DNA of 64,000 nucleotides from an uncultured Gammaproteobacteria bacterium (GTDB lineage Bacteria > Pseudomonadota > Gammaproteobacteria > UBA9214): assembly GCA_963773065.1 (NCBI GenBank), contig CAVYZN010000006.1, positions 96,001 to 160,000 of the forward strand, in the 5' to 3' direction. Shown piece after piece: positions 33,484-45,283 of the stretch. The notes under the pieces are model-generated. The model did not search any database. It had not been told where the DNA came from and saw nothing but the letters and a program-made list of their open reading frames with translations. Within the stretch, counting starts at the first letter, position 1. Each line of letters begins with the position of its first letter. The translations under genes and the position numbers were made by a program.

Positions 33484-34469
33484 ATTGTGATGTTTCTTAC
33501 ATAAAGGCGCTCCGCAACGTTTCGAACGTGTGAAACACAGTTAAACGCTTGCTCACGAGCATTATTTGGAATTATCACCGTTATATTGTTTCTTTTCCTT
33601 GGGTGCATGACATCATTGCCGGAATCAACCACATACTCCATTTGTTCGCGAATGTCCGGCAACACCGCTGAAACCAAAGACGTCAATATGTTGAGACGCT
33701 TTGGCGATTTCTTCCCACCATCCTCTGAGTACGCGTCGATGCCTATGCTGCTATGTCTATCGAGTATCATATACTCCAGCAACGAACGAGAGAGCGACAT
33801 CACGGCAAGCCAATTGCCAAATACAAAAGAGTCATATATTTCTCGGAGTCGGCTTCGAACGTGCGAGGGAAACGATGATGTTGCCTTCGGGGTTATGACT
33901 GGTTTTAGAAGGGCGAGATTCTCCAACCAAGAATCCGGGCGGTAAAAACGAGCCGCCAACAATTTAAGAGCCCTTTCATAACCCCACTCCGTAAACACAG
34001 TTCCATCAAATTCGTCCAGTATCGATTCGCATCTTTCAACGGCTGCCAGCATAAATGTTCGAACACTATCGTCTTCTGACGCATCCTCGTAGTCCGATTC
34101 TTTATTTGGAGTAGAGTCCATCGTTATCAGCCCTAGCTCTCCTAGGTCCAACACAATAGGATCGATCTGCCAGTGGAGATTCATGAGTGTGTCGAGGTTG
34201 TCCGCTAACACGTCGGAATAGAAGGTCGCAAGACCTTCAGAAACTTGCTGGATGGGCACATCCTCCTTCATTAGAGGTATTTCTAGGTGTTCCTTTACCT
34301 CCCGCAAATGAACGTACAATCGAAGAGCAAAATCGCGCAGCACAGACCGTTCTTTCTCAGAGAACAGCTTCTTGCCCCTCAACTCTGACAGGGGGACCAC
34401 CTTGACAATTTCGCCGTAAATCTGCTTACAGATGGCAAGATGGTAGTTAAGCGCAGCATTTGTTGTCAT
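33453..34469 (-). CDS. Protein with C-terminal DUF4145/HEPN-like domain
   Basis: EIYDSFVFGNWLAVMSLSRSLLE...SGNDVMH. Confidence 0.6.
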   Translation of the reverse strand: MTTNAALNYHLAICKQIYGEIVKVVPLSELRGKKLFSEKERSVLRDFALRLYVHLREVKEHLEIPLMKEDVPIQQVSEGLATFYSDVLADNLDTLMNLHWQIDPIVLDLGELGLITMDSTPNKESDYEDASEDDSVRTFMLAAVERCESILDEFDGTVFTEWGYERALKLLAARFYRPDSWLENLALLKPVITPKATSSFPSHVRSRLREIYDSFVFGNWLAVMSLSRSLLEYMILDRHSSIGIDAYSEDGGKKSPKRLNILTSLVSAVLPDIREQMEYVVDSGNDVMHPRKRNNITVIIPNNAREQAFNCVSHVRNVAERLYVRNITMPNMSMQPTR

Positions 34470-34517
34470 TGCGAGATCACCTGGAAGGCATAGTTGGGCA
34501 GCATTACTTCCGTGGGC

Positions 34518-34602
34518 GGGAAATGGGGACATTCTGGTTTACGACCAGTGTTGCTGACAGGCGCGGATCGATATCGAAAAACCAGAATGTCCCCATTATT
34601 CC
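34518..34602 (+). repeat. Hairpin repeat A4
   Basis: Near-identical to A1-A3, same orientation. Confidence 0.95.
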
Positions 34603-34725
34603 TACGGCATTGGTCATCCCGTCGGGTTTTTACACAGGAGTTATTCCTTGAGAGACTATGGCAAACGGCGCGCAGGCGGTCAATTGCAGGGGCGGGTTCC
34701 GAGACGATGCGCCGCGGCCACTCCG

Positions 34726-37700
34726 TCATTCCTTGTCGATGGTGACGTTGAGATCGATCGCCTGCTCCAGTCCCGATTCGCCGGTCAGGCTGAAATAGCG
34801 CGAGAGCTCGTAGGTGAACTTCATCTTCCAGGCCTCGTTGAAGAGGCCGTAGAGGTACTCCACGTGGAGCTTCTGGGTGAGTTGCTTGCCGACGCTCACC
34901 ATGCTCTCGCCTTCCGTGGCGCCGGACTCGGTGCCCACCTCCACGCCGAGCGTCTCGGCGATCTGTTTCGCGAGGGGGTTACTCGCGCCGAGCCCCGCCG
35001 CGGCGGCGATCGCCTGCGATTCGGTGCTGCTGGTGGACGAGAGCGGCTTGCCGGTCAGGAGATAGGACATGGCCTCGGCCTCCGACATCACCGGGTCGGA
35101 GTAGACCTGCGCGAGCGGCGACTTGAGCGTGCCCGTGATCATGATGCCGGCCACGACATCGCCGGAGGTGCGGGTGGCGCGGATGTCGAGCGCCGGATCA
35201 TCCAGGGGTCCGGCGAACAGCAGCCGGCCCTTTTCGATGACGAGCTTCTGGCCATAGCCTTCATAGGTCCCCTTTTTCAGCTTCAGCACGCCATCGCCGA
35301 CGATATCGCCCGTCGCCAGGCTGCGCAGCCGCAGGTTCCCCCCGAGATTCGTGGCCAACCCCAGCCCCTGGAAGCGCACGGCATCGCCGAGCTTCACATT
35401 GACGTCGATGACGAGCGCCGTCTTGCCCGCGCCGCGCTCCGCCGGCGGCACCGGGCCGTTCTCGCCGACGATCACCTGATCATCCGACACCCGCACCGCG
35501 CTCTCGGGCAGTTGCTTCACCTCGATCCTCGCCGTGGGGATGCCGACGTTGCCCTTGAGTTCGACACGGCGGGTGTCGCCGCTCAGCTTGAGCGCCGGGT
35601 CGGCCGTCACGTACGCCTCCGGCAGGCGCGCCACGCCGAACTCCCGGCCCTCGATGTCCAGGCGGAAGGGCCAGTGCGCCTGCGGGTCGAGCCGCACCTC
35701 GCCCTGCAGGCTGACCGCGCCCTGGTCGGAGCGGGCCGTGCCGGACAGCGCTACCTGCTCCGTGCCGTTGCCTTGCGCGCGCAGTCCGATGTCGGTCAGC
35801 TCCAGACCGAGACCGGGAATCCGCAGCTTTCCCTGCACGAGTTCCGCGTCACCGCTCAGGCGCGGTGCGCCCACGCTGCCCTGCAGCCCGAGCTTCGCGG
35901 CGGCGGAATCCGCCCGTTGCGTTCAGTTCGGTGGAGAGGGCGTTGATGAAAGTGATGTCCGGCACCGCCAGGTCCAGTTCGCCGGCCAGCGGATAGTCGT
36001 CTATCGTTTTCCCGCGCAGTGTCACCTCGACCCTGCCCTGGGCATGTCCCTCCGCCAGGCCCACGCGAACATCCGCGCTGGCGGTTTCCCCCCCGTAGCG
36101 CGCACTCACCTCGGCGTCCCGGTAGATGCTGGTGTACGGCGATTCTTCCCCGGTGTCGATCTGCAAAGTTCCCTGCGCGGAGCGGGCCTTAAGGCGCGCC
36201 CCGATTTTGCCGTTCGAGCCGGCGGCGGCATCGGCCTCGACATCGAGCACGCCCTCGATGCGGCCGGGGGCATCGAGCAGGCCGGCCAGCGGCGCGAGCG
36301 GCAGCTCATCGAGCCGGGCCTTGGCGCGCCAGCCGCCTGCCGCCTGCCACGCGCCCTCCAGGCAGGCGCTGGCGCGCTGCGCGACCCAGCAGGCGGCGAC
36401 CGGCTCCAGCCGGTTTGCGCTTAAGTCCAGCCGGACCGGCTCCCGCAGCCGCCAGTCGCCGAGTGTCTTGAGATCGAAGTCGGCTTGTGTGAGGCTGCCG
36501 CGCCAGCGCCCGCCGGCGTAGCCCCCCTGCAGCGTGACGAGCGCGCTGCCCGCCTCCTCCGCCGCCGTGAGTTGCAGCCGGTGCCGTTCGAGCCAGCCCT
36601 GGGCATCCAGTCTCAGGCGCGAGGCGGTCTCCCCGCCGAGGCGCAGATCCGTCGCCTCGATGAAGGCCGTCGACCGCCGCGGCTCCTGTTTGTCGAGGAC
36701 GGCCTGTCCCTTAAGCGCGCCGATGGCATTGTCCTGGTAACGCAGCCCCGTCCCCGACCACTCGATGCGCCCGCCGGGCTGCGCCGGGTCGCCGTGCAGC
36801 GAACCCGAGCCCTGGATGCGCCCGGCCAGACCGGGCGCGAGCAGCGCGAGGTTCGGGGCATCGACGCGGAAATCGACGTCCAGTTGCTGCCAGCCAGCCG
36901 GCCCGAGAGCGTGAGGCTGTTCTCCCCCGAACGGATGACCAGACGATCGCTCTCGACGCCGCCGGCGCGAAACGTCACGTCCCCCAGCGCGCTCACCGGC
37001 CGCTCGCGCAGCGTCCCCTCCAGCCGGGCATCCTGCAGTTGGACGCGGTAGGCATCGTCGCGGACCTCGACCAGCAGCCGGGTCTTAAGGCCGAGTTTTC
37101 CCGGCCAGTCCGGCCACCGCAGGCCCGGGTTGACGCCGCTCGCGTCGATGCCGAGGTCGATGGCGAGGCCGGCCTTCCAGTCGAGCGTGCCGGTGGCGGC
37201 GAGCCGGCCATCCAGGGCCGCGACCGCCAGTCGCTCGAACACCAGCCCGTCGGCCGTCCCGCTGCCCTGCGCCTCTACCGCGAGCGGCGGGATTTCCGCG
37301 CCCTCGAAATCGCCGGCCAGCGTGTAGCGGTAATTCGCGGGTACACCGTTCAGCGTATAACGGCCGCGTGCGCTGCGGTATTCCGCGGCGCCTTGCAGCG
37401 GCCAGCGCAGCCCGTCCCATTCGCCCTCCAGATGAGACGGCCGGGACGCCTGCCTCGAAGCGCACTTCGCCCCGCGTGGCGATGCGGAAGGGCGCGGCGA
37501 GCCGGTGATCCAGATGCAGGATATGCAGGTCACCGTCGAGCGTGGCATGTCCGGCGGCTTCCACGCCGTCGGGCAGGCGGCCGCGCCAGTCGAGCAAGGC
37601 CGCGAAGGTATAGGGGGAGTGCAAGGCGGCCCGGCCGATCAGCTCCGCCGTGACGCCTGCCGCCGTCACGCGGAAGCGGTTCACGCGCAGCCCGGAGACG

Positions 37701-38190
37701 GGGCCGGCATGGGCGGACAGCTCCAATTCATCGATCACGGTTTCCTGCGCGCCGATCTGCAGGACCAGGCGCCGGATGCTCAGCTCGGCGATATCGAGGG
37801 AGAGCGGCAACGCAATCCGCTCGGGCGGGGTGAACGGAGCGGCGTCGGCATCCGCGGCGGGCGCGCGGTAGACGGCATCCTCGATCGTCAGGCGGCGCAG
37901 CCGAATGCCGCCGCGCAGCAGACCGGCGGGATCGATCGCCAGTTCAACGCGGCCGAGCCTGCAGGCTGGTGTCGTCCTGCCGGTAGTCGATGCCCTCGAT
38001 CACCAGGCCCGACAGCAGGCTGCCGGCGATATGCTGGATGACCAGCGTGCCGGGCGCGTAGGCCGCGGCCCGCTCGATCAGCCAGCGGCTGCCCGCGGGG
38101 CTTGCCAGGAGGGCGGTCACCAGCAGCAGGATCGCCGCCGCCAGGCCCAGCAGGACGCCGACCCCTCTCGATAAGTCCGCGCCAGCGCAT
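34726..38190 (-). CDS. tamB: Translocation and assembly module TamB (multiple frameshifts)
   Basis: Downstream of tamA; N-terminal TM anchor; C-terminal DUF490 (DDPALDIRA, EAMSYLLTGKP). Confidence 0.85.
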
Positions 38191-38196
38191 CACTGT

Positions 38197-39949
38197 CTAC
38201 AGATCCGGGCCCATGCTGAAATGGATGCGAAACAGCTCGTCGCTGTCCGTGAGCGGATGGGCGATATCGAGGCGCACCGGCCCGACCGGCGAGCGCCAGC
38301 GGATGCCGAAGCCGACGCCGGTCCGGGGATCGACATGCGTCTGGTCGAACGCGTTGCCGGAATCGGCGAAGACGGCCACCGCCCATTTATCCAGCAGCCG
38401 CCGCTCCAGCTCGACGCTGCCGACCAGCAGGTTCCTGCCGCCCACGACATCGCCCTGATCGTCCTTAGGACCGAGCGACTGGTAGGCATAGCCGCGGATG
38501 CTGTTATCGCCGCCCGCGAAGAAGCGCACCGAGGCCGGCAGTTCCTCGAAGGCGTTCATGGCGGTCATCCCAACATCGGCACGCGTTATAAACCGCAGCC
38601 GCGCCGGCAGGGACAGCACCGCCTTGGCAGTGCCGATCGCTTGCGCAAAGCTCACGCTGGAGATCACCTGCTCGGAGGCGCCGCGCAGCTTGAGACCCAG
38701 GCGCAGACCCTTGCTCGGGTAGAGCCGGTCGGCGGCCAGCACTCTCGACCAGCCCATCCCCGGCATCAGCAGCGTGGCTTTGCCCTTGTCATTGCCCACC
38801 TCGAACTCTTCATGACTCAGGGTGAGCGAGCGTTCCTTGCTCCAGCCCTGGTTCGGCACGCGATACCAGGTGACGGATGCCGCGGTGGTGTCCGATATCG
38901 ATGTGTCGGTGTCTTCATGTTGGTAGCCGGTCTCGAATTTCAGCTTGTCGGTCACCGGATTCTTCAGCGGAATGGTGTAGGCGGCCGTGATTTTGGACTC
39001 CACCTTTGAGAGCGAGGTTTCCGCCGAAAACACATGCCCCTCGCGGTTGACCCGCCGGTCCTGATACCCCACGCCGATGCGCGGTCCCGTATCGGTGGCA
39101 AAGCCGATTTTGCCCGTGTAGCGGTTGCGTTTGGACGGCGTCAGCACGAGCTCGGTCGGTATCGCGCCATCCTCGGCCTCGTCGATATGGGGTTGCACGT
39201 AGGCGTTGCGGAAATAGCCGCTGCCGGTGAGTGCGCGCGTGGTCTTGGTGAGCAGGGTCGCGTCGTAGGGCTTGCCCTGCTGGTAGGCGAGAAAGCGGTC
39301 CAGCAGTTGCGGTTCGATGATGTCCTGTTCGCGCCGGATCGGCCCAAAGCGAAAGCGCGGCCCGGAGTCGTAGTGCAGGATGATGTCGGCGATCCCCCGC
39401 CCGGGATTCACGCGCAGTTGATTTTGCGTGTAGTGTCCCTTGACATAACCGCGCGTGCTGGCCAGCTCCGCGATCTGACGCTTGAGGTCGGTATAGATAT
39501 CCTGGCGCAGCGGCTGCCCCGCCTGGTCCATGGCCTTCTTCACCAGCGCGTCGAAGGCGGGATCGGCGGCGGCATCTCCGCTGATGATGACATCGATGAC
39601 GCCGAAGCTGACCCGCGGCCCGGGCACGATGGTGAAGGTGGCCCGCCAGCAGGCGCCCTCCGCCGTGGCCGGTTCAAACCGGCTGGCGATCGTCGCCTGG
39701 TAATAACCGAAGGCGCGCAGGGCATCGCGCGCCTCGCCGTCGGCCTGCTTGAGGCGCCCGCGCAGGCGCCACAACGGCGCATCACAGGTTTCCTTAGAGA
39801 GCGACAGGTAGGCCCTGACATTGGCGGCGACATCGCCCTTGACGCCTTCGATGGTGATCGCCGGCGCTTCGCCGCGGGGCGAGGCGGGACCGGCAGTAGA
39901 GCAGCGCCAGCAGCAGGACGAGCGCCGTGCCTCGTGGCGGTCTCCTCAT
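38197..39949 (-). CDS. tamA: Omp85-family TamA (5' frameshift)
   Basis: ALRAFGYY, POTRA region, GFATDTG, RFFAGGDNSIRGY, RWRSPVGPVRLDIA. Confidence 0.92.
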
Positions 39950-40028
39950 GGCTGTCGCCAGACCCTAGATGCCGTTGCCTGATAACCGGCCTTCCTGCCG
40001 TATTACTCCGCCCACCCCGACCTCCACG

Positions 40029-42402
40029 CTATGCCGCGGGTTCAGGGTGGCTTGCCGGGACGCGGGCATCGCGCCCGATGGCGGGGCTGTTGCGGATCTG
40101 CACATTGCGCTGCAGGAAGGGGATCTCGATACCGGCCTCGCGGAACGCGGCGTCGATGGCGAGATACAGGTCGCTTTGGGTCAGCACGCGCTTGTCCACA
40201 TCACGGATGTAGCAAGTCAGTGCAAAATTGAGCGCGCTGTCCCCGAAGCCGCGGAACAGCGCCCTCGGTTCAGGTATGCCGGGATAATTATTCATCACCA
40301 GGGGGTGCTTATTGGCCAGATCCACCAGGATCTGCATGACTTTGGCGGTATCCGACCCGTAGGCCACCCCCACCGGCACCACCACCCGCCCCCAGGGGTC
40401 GCTCAGCATCCAGTTGGTCACCTGTCCGGCGATCAGCTCGGAATTCGGCACGATCACATCGGCCCGGTCGAAGGTCTGGATCTGGGTGTAACGGATGCTG
40501 ATCTTTTTCACATAGCCTTCCGTGTTACCGACCATGATCCAGTCGCCGATACGGATGGGGCGTTCCACCAGCAGAATCAGGCCGGAGACGAAGTTGTTGA
40601 CGATATTCTGCAGGCCGAAGCCGATGCCGACCGAGAGCGCGCCGGCGATGATCGCCAGATTGGTGAATTCCACGCCGGCCACGGACAGCGCCACCAGGAT
40701 GGCCAGGGAGATACCGAGATAACCCGTTGCGGTCGCCGCCGCATCGCGCGCGCCTCGATCCAGGCGGGTCTTCTTGAGCCAGTACTGCTCCAACTGGCGC
40801 TTGAACCAGCCGCTGATCGACACCATCACCGAGAAGAGGGCAATCGCCATGACCACGCGCAGGGGCGCCACGTGCAGACTGCCGATCTCGAAGCCCTCGA
40901 CGACATAGTGCACCGCGGCGGCGTAGACTTTGTCCGAGTAGCCCCAGATGCGGAACAGCAGCAGGAGAAATCCGCCCCACAGCACCAGGTGGCTGATGGC
41001 CCGCAGCCATACCAGCCCCGGCACGTACTCCCCTGCTTTCAAACCGAACCGGCTCCTGAAGCGCTGTTGCCAGCGGTAACGCCCCTCGTCCATGCCGTCA
41101 TAGAGTTCGTCTCATGACCCGGCCGAGCAGGAAAATGATCGCGAACAGCAGCAGGGTACTGACCAGACCGCCGATGATCAGGCCGGAGAGATTGCGGTAG
41201 CCGGCCCACTCCGCCATCAACCCGGCGAACAGCGCCAGGATGATCAGCACGCGCACCGGCGCGGTATGCCGCCATACCGGAAGTTCGCCCACCAGCCACA
41301 GCACCCAGCCGAGATTGATCACCAGCACCGTGATGAACACGGTGCGGGTGAGCAGCAGCGCCGCTTCCGGGAGCTGTTGCACCAGGATGGTGGAAAATAT
41401 CAGGAAACCGATCAGCAGCAAGGATGCCAGCACGTAAAGGCGGTGGGCAAGCGCGCGGCAGACGGACTCCGGCACCGGCAGGTACAGGCTGGCCGGCGCC
41501 GGGGGTTTGAACAGGCCGCGCACCAGCACCAGGGCCAGCACGTAGAAGGTGAGGCCCAGACCGAGCAGGAGCACGTTGGGCAGCGGCTCGACGCCTAGCA
41601 GCAGCACCAGCAGCGTACCGCTGGCGACGGCCAGCGGCAGCAGCAACGGCAGATAGTGGGCCAGCGTGGCGCCGAAGGCTACCATCGCCAAGAAGATGAG
41701 ATCGTCCTTGTCCGTGGGCTGGGGGAGCACGGCGAGCAGCCTGCGTTTGCTCACCTGCCCCAGGGCCGCGCCGAGCAGGACCAGGGAACCCAGCAGCACC
41801 CACTGCATACCACCGACCTGTTCCAGCCCGCGGGTATCGACCACGAAGGACTTAACGGCAGCGAGCCACTCGCTGATCTTGCCCCAGTCGCCCTTCATCA
41901 GATCGGTAAAGGTGCGGTCACGGGCCAGTATCTGCTGCTTGAAGATCCGATTCTGGTGCTCCGCGACCGTGGCCTCCAGTTCATCGCCGTTGACGCGCAG
42001 CAGGCGGCAGACGGTCAGCCGTTTTTCGATGACGCCCCTGTTCTTGTTCAGCTCGTGCCGCGCCCTGGTGACCGAGGCATCCTCCCCCGCCACCGGGCTG
42101 CCGAGTGTTTTGAGATCTTCGGCCAGCTTCGCGCTGTCCTGCTCGGCATGCTCGATACACTGCACCGCCAGCCTGCGTATGCCGTCGATATCCTTCGCCA
42201 TGACCTCGAAGTCGTTGATCGCGGACGCGGTTTCGGACAGTTGCGTCTTGATCGCCTGCAGTTGCTTCTCGGCCGCCGCGATCGAGTTATCCTCGGCCGC
42301 CGCCGTCACGCACGGCAAGGCCATCCAGATCGCGAGCAGGACGCGCATCAGCATCCGGGCCGGCGCAAGCAGGGGGGTTTGCATCAACTGACCGCCGATC
42401 AT
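40029..42402 (-). CDS. Large MscS/MscK-like mechanosensitive channel (frameshift near 41100)
   Basis: Coiled-coil plus TMs, then GALSVGIGFGLQNIVNNFVSG, VPNS, VGVAYGSD, IEIPF. Confidence 0.88.
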
Positions 42403-42544
42403 GTCATCACCGCAAGTTTGGTTAACGGGTTCATGCCGCCACCGATGCTAGGCCGGTACGGCCGCGAAGGGAAGCGGGACGGCGCTGGGATTGGACGTCA
42501 CCATCCCTGCCGGCGCGCACCGGATGCACATTGTAGCGCGCGGG

Positions 42545-43621
42545 CTACAGCCACCGTTTCCGCTTGAAATACACCAGCATGCCGATCGCGACGGCAAGCA
42601 TCAGCAGCAGTGACAGCGGATAGCCGAAATACCAGCGCAACTCGGGCATCGCCCAGGGGCTGACCTGGTTGTCGCCGAAATTCATGCCATACACTCCGGC
42701 GATGAAGGTGAGCGGAATGAAGATGGTCGCGATCAGGGTCAGCACCCGCATGACCTCGTTCAGACGATTGCTCATCGCCGAGAGATAGACATCCATCAGC
42801 CCGGAGATTATGTCACGGTACATCTCGATGAGGTCGATGACCTGGATGGTGTGATCATAGCAGTCACGCAGGTAGACGCGGGTCTCGTCACTGATCATCT
42901 CCGTATCATCGCGCAGCAGCGCGTTGATCACATCACGCTGCGGCCACAGCATGCGCCGCAACATGAGCAGCTCGCGTTTGAGCCCGTGTATCGCGCTGAC
43001 CGCGTACTTGTCCGGATGGTCAAGCACCTTGGATTCAAGCTTTTCCACCCGGTCTCCGAAGACTTCCAGCACGGGAAAGGCCTCGTCGATCACCAGGTCG
43101 AGCAGGCAGTACAGCAGGTAATCATCGCCCAGTGAGCGGATATGCCCGGAGGCCTGGCGCAGCCGGTGGCGCACCGGCTCAAAGCGATCGACGGCGCCGT
43201 GATGAAAGCTCACGATGAAATTCGCGCCGAAGAAGAGGCTCACCTGCTCCACGGTGACGCTGGCGGCATCACTGCAGGGCAGCGCCATGGCGATGAAGAT
43301 CTGTTCATCGAAACGGTCCAGCTTGGGACGCTGTCCCGTATTCAGCACATCCTCCATGGCCAGCGGGTGCAGTCCGAACATGTCACCGAGGTTCTTGACC
43401 ACAGCGGCGGTGATACAGCCCTGCACATGGATCCAGGTGGTGCTCGGCCGGCTGAGGTATTCCCGGCCGTCAGCGGCGCTCGCCAGTTCCTTTTCGGTAA
43501 ATTCCGTTTCGGTATAGTCGATCAGGTGGATCCGGCAGGCGGCCGCGGCGGCAGGCGCCGCCTCCCTCAGGGTTCCCGGCGCGGTACCCGGTGGATGATA
43601 CTTCTTATGGAAATGGCTCAT
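42545..43621 (-). CDS. corA: Magnesium/cobalt transporter
   Basis: LHPLAMED, QRPK, YLRDCYDH, YGMNF, MPEL. Confidence 0.93.
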   Translation of the reverse strand: MSHFHKKYHPPGTAPGTLREAAPAAAAACRIHLIDYTETEFTEKELASAADGREYLSRPSTTWIHVQGCITAAVVKNLGDMFGLHPLAMEDVLNTGQRPKLDRFDEQIFIAMALPCSDAASVTVEQVSLFFGANFIVSFHHGAVDRFEPVRHRLRQASGHIRSLGDDYLLYCLLDLVIDEAFPVLEVFGDRVEKLESKVLDHPDKYAVSAIHGLKRELLMLRRMLWPQRDVINALLRDDTEMISDETRVYLRDCYDHTIQVIDLIEMYRDIISGLMDVYLSAMSNRLNEVMRVLTLIATIFIPLTFIAGVYGMNFGDNQVSPWAMPELRWYFGYPLSLLLMLAVAIGMLVYFKRKRWL

Positions 43622-43751
43622 GGTTGTGCAGTGTCCTTCGCGGCGCACGCCCGCTGCGCTATGCTATCTTATCACCGTCCCGACAGGCAGCTATTTTCCG
43701 GCAACCGCGCCCATGCAGCCGATCACCGCCTCGATGAGTCATTGCGCATAG

Positions 43752-44198
43752 ATGAACCTGACACCCATAGGCTGGCGTGAATGGCTGTCGCTCCCGCAGC
43801 TCGGGATTACCCACCTCAAGGCGAAGGTGGATACCGGCGCGCGCACCTCGGCCCTGCATGCCTTTTACGTGGAGCCGTTCCGCGCGCAGGGCATTGAGAT
43901 GGTGCGCTTCGGCATCCACCCCCTGCAGCGGCGCACGGATATCGTCATCGAGTGCACCGCGGCGGTGCTCGACCGGCGCGATGTAACGGATTCGGGCGGA
44001 CATCGGGAAATGCGCTATGTGATAGAGACCCTGATGAAGCTCGGCGGCGACTCCTGGCCGCTCCAGCTTACCCTGACCAATCGCGATAGCATGCGTTTTC
44101 GCATGCTGCTGGGTCGCGCGGCGCTGGAAGACAGGTTCATGGTGGTCCCGTCCGCGTCCTATCTGCTCGGGCGGCGGCAACGGCGCGGCATGTTATAG
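43752..44198 (+). CDS. RimK-associated retropepsin-like protease (RimB-like)
   Basis: [28 protein letters not shown]. Confidence 0.88.
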   Translation: MNLTPIGWREWLSLPQLGITHLKAKVDTGARTSALHAFYVEPFRAQGIEMVRFGIHPLQRRTDIVIECTAAVLDRRDVTDSGGHREMRYVIETLMKLGGDSWPLQLTLTNRDSMRFRMLLGRAALEDRFMVVPSASYLLGRRQRRGML

Positions 44199-44332
44199 TA
44201 GGCGCGGCAACCCAGAACAATACGATCTCCCCCCAACACCCGGCGAAACAGCAGGCAACATCGACCCACCCCTCACCAGCAAGCCCGTTTCGGGCGACGG
44301 ATACCTACATACAGTCTTAAGGCGAGGCGATC

Positions 44333-45238
44333 ATGAGGATAGCCATTCTTTCAAGGAATCGAAAACTCTATTCCACGCGCAGACTGGTCGATGCGTGCGA
44401 GGGACGCGGCCACGAGGTGCTGGTGCTCGACACCCTGAAGTGTTACATGGACATCGCCTCCATGCGTCCCAGCGTGCACTACCGGGGCGAGGAACTGCCG
44501 CCTTTCGATGCCGTCATTCCCCGCATCGGGGCTTCCATCACGTTTTACGGAACGGCCGTCGTCCGGCAGTTCGAGATGATGGGCACCTATCCGCTGAATG
44601 AATCCGTGGCCATCAGCCGCTCGCGCGACAAGCTGCGCTCCCTGCAGATTCTGGCGCGCGCCGGCATCGGGCTGCCGCTCACCGGATTCGCCAGCTCCCC
44701 GGACAGCACTCATGATCTCATCCAACTGGTGAACGGGGCCCCCCTGGTGGTCAAGCTGCTGGAAGGCACGCAGGGCCGGGGGATCGTGCTGGCCGAGACC
44801 GTCAAGGCCGCGGAAAGCCTGATCGACGCCTTTCGCGACCTGAAGGCCAATTTCCTGGTGCAGGAATTCATCAAGGAGGCGAGTGGTTCCGACATCCGCG
44901 CCTTCGTGATCGGCGACAAGGTGGTGGCCGCCATGCGGCGCACGGCCAGGGAGGGGGAGTTCCGCTCCAACCTGCATCGCGGCGGCAGCGCCACTCTGGC
45001 CAGGCTCGCCCCGGAAGAACGTTCCATCGCGATCAGGGCGGCGCGCAAGATCGGGCTGAATGTCGCCGGCGTCGATCTGTTGCGTTCCCATCGCGGACCG
45101 CTGGTGATGGAAGTCAACTCATCGCCGGGACTCGAAGGAATCGAGAAGGCGACCGGCGGGAATATCGCCAGCCTGATTGTCGAGTTCATCGAGAACAATC
45201 ACAAGCCGCACCGCACCCGCACGCGCGGCAAGGGCTGA
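44333..45238 (+). CDS. rimK: Ribosomal protein S6 glutamate ligase
   Basis: [43 protein letters not shown]. Confidence 0.95.
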   Translation: MRIAILSRNRKLYSTRRLVDACEGRGHEVLVLDTLKCYMDIASMRPSVHYRGEELPPFDAVIPRIGASITFYGTAVVRQFEMMGTYPLNESVAISRSRDKLRSLQILARAGIGLPLTGFASSPDSTHDLIQLVNGAPLVVKLLEGTQGRGIVLAETVKAAESLIDAFRDLKANFLVQEFIKEASGSDIRAFVIGDKVVAAMRRTAREGEFRSNLHRGGSATLARLAPEERSIAIRAARKIGLNVAGVDLLRSHRGPLVMEVNSSPGLEGIEKATGGNIASLIVEFIENNHKPHRTRTRGKG

Positions 45239-45283
45239 AACGCGGCGGCACGCGGAGGTGATCACCGGCATCACGGTCGCGCC

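Noticed and set aside
27584-34602. Shufflon or invertible region
   Set aside because: All A repeats are in direct orientation and no recombinase is adjacent
29978-35682. Diversity-generating retroelement TR/VR pair in the tamB copies
   Set aside because: Differences are not adenine-specific, the repeat is ~1 kb, and there is no reverse transcriptase in the window
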